The notes beneath the pieces are model-generated. The model was not told where the DNA came from and ran no database searches. It saw only the letters and a program-made list of their open reading frames with translations. The position numbers were made by a program, and so were the translations under genes. 64,000 bases of DNA from Methanoregula sp. (lineage in GTDB: Archaea; Halobacteriota; Methanomicrobia; Methanomicrobiales; Methanospirillaceae): NCBI GenBank assembly GCA_052325125.1, contig JBKQWO010000028.1, one strand, 5' to 3'. Of this stretch, positions 57,154 through 64,000 are shown piece after piece (positions within the stretch are counted from its first letter, which is position 1; every line of letters starts with the position of its first letter).

Positions 57154-57360
57154 TCAGAGCCCGTGTTTCCCCTTGAGGACCGAGGTCACCCCGCGCGAAG
57201 GCTTTTCGCATTTGCGCTGTTCATCTGCATCCCGTGGATCGCTTCCGAGGATCTTCTTCGTTTTTGCCGCCGCGTCCTCTATCCGTTTCCGGCAGTTCCC
57301 GATGGCCGTATTCTGCAGAGCACTGATGGTTTCGAGGAGATCCTGCGCCATAGTCCGCAT
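57154..57360 (-). CDS. possible small helical ORF upstream of atpH
   Basis: 68-aa ATG ORF (MRTMAQDLLETISALQNTAIGNCRKRIEDAAAKTKKIL...) ending 12 nt before the atpH start. No family was recognised, and it may simply be 5' leader. Confidence 0.3.
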   Translation of the reverse strand: MRTMAQDLLETISALQNTAIGNCRKRIEDAAAKTKKILGSDPRDADEQRKCEKPSRGVTSVLKGKHGL

Positions 57361-57531
57361 GCCCCGGAGGAGATGATCACTTGCACTATACCTCAGAAGT
57401 TAGATATATACTTTATTTAGCCGAAAAGTGAGATGCCCTTTGAAATGGAAGATCTTTTCCCCATCAACGCCAAAATTGTTTTTTAAGAAATTCAAAAATA
57501 GCAAAGCGATACATCTTCGGGGAGAGTTTGC

Positions 57532-58650
57532 GTGGATATTCTTGTGACCCTTGGCCTTTTTATCATCTTCTGTGCCGTTCTGGTCCTTCCCTTTTCGGTC
57601 CGGAAGATCGAAGATAATCTTGAATTTTTCCTGTTCTGTTGCGGGGTCATTGCGCTCACACTTTCAGGGTTTACGACACTGTCGGGTGAGACCACGGGCT
57701 GGAACATGGCGATCGTTATCGAAGCCCTCACGAGCCCCTTAAACATTACATCAGTGGGAGGGATCCCGGTAGGGATCGTGCAGATCGTCCTTATCGTGGG
57801 CCTTCTCATCTACTGTTTCCATCACCACCTGGAACGGGCCATCAACGGAATTGTCGAGTCTTTTTCCCTCAAACTTACCGTACCACTCCTGATCATCGTA
57901 CTTGGCCTGGTCTCCAGTGTCATATCGGCGATTCTCGCAGCGATTATCCTTGTGGAGATTATCAACGCCCTCCCTCTCGTAAAAGAGGCAAAGATCGAGA
58001 TCACGGTCATTGCCTGCTTCTCGATCGGTCTTGGTGCGGGTCTCACCCCTCTTGGCGAACCGCTCACCACAATCGTTGTCTCCAAACTGGCGGGAGACCC
58101 GTATCATGCCGGTTTCCTGTTTCTCGTCGATAAAATCGGGATTTATATCGTTCCCGCAGTGGTCTTCCTGGGAATCCTCGGCCTTGTTGCACTCAAAAAA
58201 CGGCAGACCGATGAGACGAACCTGAAATGCATTGTCGAGCGCGAGGAATTGCGTGAAGTCATCATCCGGGCAGGCAAAGTTTATCTCTTTATCATGGCCC
58301 TCGTATTCCTCGGGGAGGGATTCAAACCCCTGATACTCGGTTATGTGGTTCTTATCCCGCCGGAAGCCCTCTACTGGGCCAACATGGTTTCCGCTGTGCT
58401 TGACAACGCGACCCTTGCCGCAGCCGAGATCAGCCCGGTGCTTTCCTTAAACCAGATCACCACTGCGCTTGTCGCCCTTCTCGTCTCAGGTGGCATGCTT
58501 ATCCCGGGGAATATCCCCAACATTATCGCGGCAGGCAAGACGGGGATCACCAGCAGGGAATGGGCAAGGCTGGGCATTCCTTTAGGGCTTGTCATGATGG
58601 TCGGGTTCTTCTGTATTCTCTTTATCCCCTCCTATCTCGGGCTTGCATGA
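57532..58650 (+). CDS. polytopic membrane protein, putative cation transporter (DUF1646-like, from memory of the family)
   Basis: 372 aa with a GTG start after ggggagag and about 10-11 TM segments. The family assignment is tentative. Confidence 0.65.
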   Translation: MDILVTLGLFIIFCAVLVLPFSVRKIEDNLEFFLFCCGVIALTLSGFTTLSGETTGWNMAIVIEALTSPLNITSVGGIPVGIVQIVLIVGLLIYCFHHHLERAINGIVESFSLKLTVPLLIIVLGLVSSVISAILAAIILVEIINALPLVKEAKIEITVIACFSIGLGAGLTPLGEPLTTIVVSKLAGDPYHAGFLFLVDKIGIYIVPAVVFLGILGLVALKKRQTDETNLKCIVEREELREVIIRAGKVYLFIMALVFLGEGFKPLILGYVVLIPPEALYWANMVSAVLDNATLAAAEISPVLSLNQITTALVALLVSGGMLIPGNIPNIIAAGKTGITSREWARLGIPLGLVMMVGFFCILFIPSYLGLA

Positions 58651-58727
58651 CACAGGGAGCGTTGCGCACAAAACCCCGGCTCCAGGGCCGATCCCGATAA
58701 CAACACACATGAGATGTCACGCACAAT

Positions 58728-59285
58728 ATGGACAGTACTGGTGTTCCTATGACTCCTGATAACCAGAAAGACGGTAATGAGACTATTGCCTTCCTGATCA
58801 GCCAGCTCGACGACCCCTCGATTGATAACCGCCACCATGCAGTTCTCGTGTTATCAGAGAGCGGGGATGCTGCGGTACAACCCCTGATTAACGCCCTTGC
58901 GGCCGCGGGGGACAATGATCGCCGGTGGTACCGTGCGATCTCCCTCTCAAAACTGGGAGTGCCGGCGATCTCACCTCTTATCGCGGCGATGGAAAAAAAT
59001 CCCGACCGCGAGTTTAGACGCTACGCGGCGGCAGTGCTTGGTGAGATGGGGGAACCTGCCGTGGAACCGCTCATTGACGCGATGACGACTGAGGACAAGG
59101 AGCTGCGGGGGTTTTTGTCACGGGCGCTCTGCCGGATCGGGAAACCCGCGGTGGCATCGCTCACCCTGCGGCTTTCCGATGCCAATGAGATCCTCCGCTC
59201 CTGCGCCACGCTCACCCTGTGGCAGATGGGCGAGACCGGCCTGCCGTCCGTGATCGAGCAGATCCGGAAAGAGAAACAGCCCTGA
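58728..59285 (+). CDS. HEAT-repeat protein (PBS-lyase HEAT-like repeats)
   Basis: 185 aa with about 5 repeats of the same type as 38036..39223 (R..Aa..LGe.Gd.AV.PLI.AL). Confidence 0.75.
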   Translation: MDSTGVPMTPDNQKDGNETIAFLISQLDDPSIDNRHHAVLVLSESGDAAVQPLINALAAAGDNDRRWYRAISLSKLGVPAISPLIAAMEKNPDREFRRYAAAVLGEMGEPAVEPLIDAMTTEDKELRGFLSRALCRIGKPAVASLTLRLSDANEILRSCATLTLWQMGETGLPSVIEQIRKEKQP

Positions 59286-59369
59286 TCCCCGTCCTGCAGA
59301 TACATTTTTACTGACGGCAGAACCGCCAAATACTATGGTATAAATTTTCAGCCGCCGGATCATACCACT

Positions 59370-62300
59370 ATGCTCAAACTCTCTCCTGAGATGGAAAAGT
59401 ACGGGAACACCCTGATGGACGGGCTTTCCCGTGCGATTGCACGTGCTCAGGAGGCGCGTTCCCGCGGCCTCGACCCGGCTACGGATGTCGAGATCCCGAT
59501 TGCAAGCGACCTTGCAGACCGGGTCGAAGTGCTTGTCGGGATCAAAGGGGTGGCGGCCCGGATCCGGGAACTCGAAGCGCAGATGTCCCGTGAGGAGGCG
59601 GCACTCAGGATCGGCGACGATTTTGTCGCAAAGATGTTCGGGGAGAAGAACAGCGATGAGATCCTCGACCATGCCATACGGACCGCGATGGCACTGTTGA
59701 CCGAAGGCGTGGTTTCGGCCCCGACCGAAGGGATTGCGAAAGTCGGAACCGGCAAGAACGATGATGGCAGCCTGTACCTGAAAATCTACTACGCTGGTCC
59801 GATCCGAAGCGCTGGAGGGACGGCGCAGGCGCTCTCGGTGCTTGTCGGCGATTACGTGCGGGCCCGGCTCGGGATAGGCCGTTACCGCCCCCGCCAGGAT
59901 GAGGTCGAGCGGTATATCGAGGAGATCCGCCAGTACAACAGCATCATGAACCTCCAGTACCTCCCCAGTGAAGCGGAAATCCGGCTGATCGTGGAAAACT
60001 GCCCGGTCTGCATCGATGGCGAAGCGACGGAGAAAGAGGAGGTCTCGGGACACAGGAACCTTGAGCGCGTCGAGACAAATGCCGTGCGGGGCGGAATGGC
60101 GCTGGTCCTTGCAGAAGGTATCGCCGGCAAAGCCCGCAAGCTCAAGAGCAAGGTCGAGAAGATGAACATGAACGACTGGGACTGGCTGGACAAGCTCATC
60201 GCCGGCGCAGCAAAACCGGGTGCGGAAGAGGATGCCCCCGGCATAAAACCGCTGGACAAGTACCTCCGGGATCTCATCGGCGGAAGGCCGGTCTTTTCCT
60301 ACCCTATGCGGAAAGGGGGCTTCAGGCTCAGGTACGGCCGCTCCCGCAATACCGGCTTTGCAACGGCCGGGTTCAACCCGGCGACGCTCCACCTGCTCGG
60401 GGGATTTCTTGCGGTCGGTACCCAGATGAAACTCGAACGCCCGGGCAAGGCCTGCGGTGTCGTATCCGTGGATTCCATTGAAGGACCGACCGTGCGGCTG
60501 ATCGGCGGCGAAGTCATCAGGGTGGACGATGAAAAGACTGCTCTTGCACTGACTAAAAAGGTCGAACGAATCCTTGATGTTGGCGAGATCCTGATCGCGT
60601 ATGGGGATTTCCTGGAAAACAACCATCCGCTGGTGCCCGCCGGCTACTGCGAGGAATGGTGGCTGCTTGACCAGGCACCCGGTACAAAACCGCCGCAGGA
60701 TGAAACAGAGGCGCTCGCGCTCGCGGGGCCCGGGGGTTACCTTTACCCGGCCTATACCTGGTATTGGGATGATATCAGCAACGACCAGATCCGTCATCTT
60801 GCCGATACTGTTTCGGGTACTGGTAAAATTGAGGCGGATGCGCTGGTCATCCCTCTTGACCCGAACATAAAAGAATCGCTCGAAACCCTGCTTCTCCCCC
60901 ACGAGGTGAGCGGGGGAACCATAAGGATCCGGACCTACCGGGCATTTGTCGCAGGCCTCGGTCTTGACGAGCACTTAAAAAAACGCGATACGTGGAACAC
61001 GGTGCCTGCCGATGCCACACCGCTCGCGCTTGTTATGCACCTGAGCGGGCTTAATCTCCGTTCCCGGTCCGGGATACGGATTGGCGGACGGATGGGCCGG
61101 CCCGGCAAGTCCAAGCCACGGAAGATGAGCCCGCCGCCGCACGCCCTCTTCCCGCTCGGGGAATCCGGAGGTGCCCGGCGCTCGTTCCAGGAAGCCTCGA
61201 TCCATACCGAGGAATCGGATGCACACGCAACCGAGATTGACTTCCAGAAAGAAGGAGGTATCATCGAGATCGAAGTCGGCCGCCGGCGCTGTACCGGCTG
61301 CGGCGGAATTACCTACCTTAACCGGTGCCCGAAGTGCGGGGCGCATACGATGCCGGTATACACCTGCCCTAAGTGCGGGCACGAGGTGGCGACAGAACGT
61401 TGCCCGAACTGCGATGTCCCGGCTACGTGCAGCCAGCGGATCGCCTTAAACGTGAAAGCGGAATATGCACAGGCGATGGAGCGCCTCGGGATCAAAAAAG
61501 ACAGCATTGCACTCGTAAAAGGCGTAAAAGGTGTGATTTCCCGGGAAAAGACGGTCGAGGCGATGGAAAAGGGGATTCTCCGCGCCCAACAGGACATCTA
61601 TGTCTTCAAAGACGGGACAACCCGTTTCGATATGATCGATCTCCCGCTCACGCACATACGCCCGGACGAGGTGCGGGTCCCGGTTGAAAAGATGCGGGAG
61701 CTTGGATATATAAAAGATGTCAACGGCTACGATCTCCAGAACGGGACGCAGGTGATCGAAATGCACCCGCAGGATCTCCTCCTCTCGGATTCGTGCGCGG
61801 ACTATATGGTCAAGGTCGCACAGTTCATCGATGACGAGCTGACCCGGCTTTACGGTCTTCCTGCATTTTACCAGATAAAGACGCGGGACGATCTGGTCGG
61901 CCACCTTGTCATCGGCCTTGCTCCCCACACAAGCGCCGGGGTTCTTGCCCGGGTCATCGGGTTTACCCGGGCAAATGTCGGGTACGCCCACCCGTTCTTC
62001 CATGCGGCTAAGCGCCGCAACTGTTTCTACGGCGATACCGAAATCGAAGTCTATGACGGCAGGACATGGTCACGCACGCCAATCCGGAAATTCGTGCTGG
62101 AAAATTTCGATATCAGCCAGCCGGGGCTCGACCGGCTGGGCACGTATTATTCTGATCCGGTGCATGCATATTACACCCGTACCGTAGATACCTCCGGTAT
62201 GATGCACCTGCGCAGGATCACTTCGGTTTCCATCCACCGGGCGCCTGCCGATCTGATCCGCTTCACCACCTCCCGGAACCGGCAGCTGATGGTCACCCCG

Positions 62301-63287
62301 GACCACGCGATGCTTATATGGGATGTCCAGTACTTAAGGAAGATCAAGGCACTCGAAATCAAAGCCGGGGATGCCGTGCCCGTATATGAAGGTGGGGCGG
62401 TGATCACCGACCGGATCGCAGCGGTCGAAACCGTGACATCTCTCGAAGACCGGGTGTACTGCCTGACGGTCGCTGACGATCACACGCTGGTCGCAAACGG
62501 CATCTTCACCGGGCAGTGCGACGGCGATGAGGACTGCATCATGCTTCTCATGGACGGGTTGTTGAACTTCTCGCGCTCGTTCCTGCCCCAGAATCGTGGC
62601 GGCACGATGGATGCTCCCTTAGTGCTCACGAGCCGCATCGACCCGGCAGAGATCGACAAGGAGGCCCTGAACGTGGATGTCGGGCGAGGTTATCCGCTTG
62701 AACTGTACGAGGCAGGGCTCAGGTACGCAAAGGCAAAGGATGTCGAGCCGCTGATCGACCGGGTCGAGCGGAGGGTGGGAACCCCGCAGCAGCTGGAAGG
62801 ATTTTTCTTCACGCACGATACCTCGGATATATCGGCAGGGCCCTTAGAGTCCACCTATACGCAACTCAAGACCATGGCCGAAAAACTTGAGGCGGAACTC
62901 GATCTGGCCGAGAAGATCCGGGCTGTCGATGCGGATGATGTGGCGGAGCGTGTCCTCAACACGCATTTCATCCGCGACCTGATGGGCAACCTCTCCGCAT
63001 TCTCCAAGCAGAAGTTCCGGTGCACCAAGTGCAATACGAGTTACCGGAGGATGCCGCTTGCCGGCAAGTGCACGAAGTTCAAAGGGAAGGGGATCTGCAA
63101 TGGCAATATTATCCCGACCGTGCACGAAGGGTCGGTCAAAAAATACCTTGAGGTTTCCCGTGCGATGGTGAAAAAATACAAGGTATCTGAATATTGCCGG
63201 CAGCGGGTCGAAGTGCTCGACCTTGCCATCGAATCGACGTTTGGCGAGGAGAAGCAGGAGCAGCTGGGCCTCGCGGATTTTATGTGA
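59370..63287 (+). CDS. polC: DNA polymerase II (PolD) large subunit DP2, interrupted by a mini-intein
   Basis: 1305 aa with DP2 blocks along the whole length, a Zn-finger cluster (CTGCGG...CPKCG...CPKCG...CPNC) and the catalytic motif AAKRRN / CDGDEDC split by 165 extra residues. Confidence 0.95.
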   Translation: MLKLSPEMEKYGNTLMDGLSRAIARAQEARSRGLDPATDVEIPIASDLADRVEVLVGIKGVAARIRELEAQMSREEAALRIGDDFVAKMFGEKNSDEILDHAIRTAMALLTEGVVSAPTEGIAKVGTGKNDDGSLYLKIYYAGPIRSAGGTAQALSVLVGDYVRARLGIGRYRPRQDEVERYIEEIRQYNSIMNLQYLPSEAEIRLIVENCPVCIDGEATEKEEVSGHRNLERVETNAVRGGMALVLAEGIAGKARKLKSKVEKMNMNDWDWLDKLIAGAAKPGAEEDAPGIKPLDKYLRDLIGGRPVFSYPMRKGGFRLRYGRSRNTGFATAGFNPATLHLLGGFLAVGTQMKLERPGKACGVVSVDSIEGPTVRLIGGEVIRVDDEKTALALTKKVERILDVGEILIAYGDFLENNHPLVPAGYCEEWWLLDQAPGTKPPQDETEALALAGPGGYLYPAYTWYWDDISNDQIRHLADTVSGTGKIEADALVIPLDPNIKESLETLLLPHEVSGGTIRIRTYRAFVAGLGLDEHLKKRDTWNTVPADATPLALVMHLSGLNLRSRSGIRIGGRMGRPGKSKPRKMSPPPHALFPLGESGGARRSFQEASIHTEESDAHATEIDFQKEGGIIEIEVGRRRCTGCGGITYLNRCPKCGAHTMPVYTCPKCGHEVATERCPNCDVPATCSQRIALNVKAEYAQAMERLGIKKDSIALVKGVKGVISREKTVEAMEKGILRAQQDIYVFKDGTTRFDMIDLPLTHIRPDEVRVPVEKMRELGYIKDVNGYDLQNGTQVIEMHPQDLLLSDSCADYMVKVAQFIDDELTRLYGLPAFYQIKTRDDLVGHLVIGLAPHTSAGVLARVIGFTRANVGYAHPFFHAAKRRNCFYGDTEIEVYDGRTWSRTPIRKFVLENFDISQPGLDRLGTYYSDPVHAYYTRTVDTSGMMHLRRITSVSIHRAPADLIRFTTSRNRQLMVTPDHAMLIWDVQYLRKIKALEIKAGDAVPVYEGGAVITDRIAAVETVTSLEDRVYCLTVADDHTLVANGIFTGQCDGDEDCIMLLMDGLLNFSRSFLPQNRGGTMDAPLVLTSRIDPAEIDKEALNVDVGRGYPLELYEAGLRYAKAKDVEPLIDRVERRVGTPQQLEGFFFTHDTSDISAGPLESTYTQLKTMAEKLEAELDLAEKIRAVDADDVAERVLNTHFIRDLMGNLSAFSKQKFRCTKCNTSYRRMPLAGKCTKFKGKGICNGNIIPTVHEGSVKKYLEVSRAMVKKYKVSEYCRQRVEVLDLAIESTFGEEKQEQLGLADFM
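62022..62516 (+). mobile_element. mini-intein (165 aa, no homing endonuclease domain) in the PolD DP2 active-site motif
   Basis: It occupies codons 885-1049 of polC. It starts at Cys ([10 protein letters not shown], block A), has TxxH block B (VTPDHAML) and block [23 protein letters not shown], and is followed by the +1 Cys of CDGDEDC. The C-terminal residue is Gln, not Asn. Confidence 0.85.
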
Positions 63288-63440
63288 TCCCTGTCGATCA
63301 GGCACCTCTGGCAGTACCCCCGCTTGCCGTTATCCACGCCTTTCCCATAAAATCTGGACTTCGAGATTTATGCCGCCTCATGGCATACGTGTCTTGATTG
63401 TCAAAGCCTTTTACTATCCAAAAATCAATAGTACTTTCAA

Positions 63441-63523
63441 GCGAGAATAACCAAGTGGTCAACGGTGATCGACTCAAGATCGATTCGCGCAGGCGTTCGC
63501 AGGTTCGACTCCTGCTTCTCGCA
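63441..63523 (+). tRNA. tRNA-Leu (anticodon CAA)
   Basis: GCGAGAATAACCAAGTGGTCAACGGTGATCGACTCAAGATCGATTCGCGCAGGCGTTCGCAGGTTCGACTCCTGCTTCTCGCA. It has acceptor stem GCGAGAA/TTCTCGC, anticodon arm ATCGA-CTCAAGA-TCGAT, a long variable arm and T-arm GCAGG-TTCGACT-CCTGC. No CCA is encoded. Confidence 0.85.
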
Positions 63524-64000
63524 TGGCATAAATGGGTTACCGGAATCTCGCATTTTAAAAACCCATCACTTCTGATATCACAGTTCTTAGATCGCACAAC
63601 TTAGAAAAAGCCGCATTTGTTTTTATGGGCTCCCGCTTTTAAAAACGATATTCCTCTTTTGATTAGTCGTAGTGCACCACATTTAATGTCCATTTTGTTG
63701 ACAGAATTTCTGTTCGGTGTTGCGATATTTTCGGTTCTGGAGAAATCCTAGTTTTTCAACAGAAACACTGGCACGCTACAAGTCTCCTCCCAGGAAGGTG
63801 CTGCCCCCCCGAAGTGAACGGAATAAAGCAGGGACGGCTTCACTGTTTCACTTCTGCATTGACCTATTATGGGAAGGAGAAATCTGCTGCACTGAGAATT
63901 TCTTTGGCAAATTCCATTGCTGCAAGATCGAGAATTGTCTCTGTCTAATGTCTAAAAATGACAATAGTGGCAAAAAATGCGCTTTATTTTTTAAAACAGG

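Noticed and set aside
62022-62516. Homing endonuclease domain inside the PolD intein, and additional inteins in atpA or polC
   Set aside because: The insert is only 165 aa and contains no LAGLIDADG or HNH motifs. atpA (579 aa) and the rest of polC show uninterrupted family blocks.

Overview
GC-rich (about 55-60% by eye) chromosomal segment whose gene content indicates a methanogenic archaeon, probably Methanomicrobiales-like. Supporting genes: A1Ao ATP synthase, PolD large subunit, CofD (F420), thiol:fumarate reductase TfrAB, archaeal SepF, the Sm/L37e pair and the archaeal modified mevalonate pathway. I cannot verify taxonomy without a search. From left to right: (1) a complete type I-C cas operon on the minus strand (cas3-cas5-cas8c-cas7-cas4-cas1). 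cas1 is cut by the window edge, and no cas2, cas6 or CRISPR array lies inside the window. (2) A 2.2 kb almost gene-free island holding only an MNT/HepT toxin-antitoxin pair. (3) Housekeeping genes: tfrAB, aspartate kinase, purM, purF, Sm, L37e, sepF, initiator-like tRNA-Met, thioredoxin, aspS, metE-like, cofD. (4) Bacterial-looking inserts: an AdiA/CadA-type PLP decarboxylase plus an APC antiporter operon, PPK2, and a full ruvC-ruvA-ruvB operon. (5) ubiX, a UbiD-family decarboxylase and the aconitase-X large subunit (archaeal mevalonate route). (6) Three small uncharacterised ORFs, two of which are clear paralogs. (7) The ATP synthase genes, split into atpKECFABD (+) and a convergent atpHI (-). 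(8) PolD DP2 carrying a 165-aa mini-intein, followed by tRNA-Leu(CAA). The most unusual observations: an abrupt ~3.5 kb low-GC cassette inside the cas operon with both breakpoints inside intact ORFs; several long non-coding islands full of nested short repeats and GTAT-loop hairpins; and paired hairpin modules at the convergent atpD/atpI junction. No rRNA, transposase or integrase gene was recognised.
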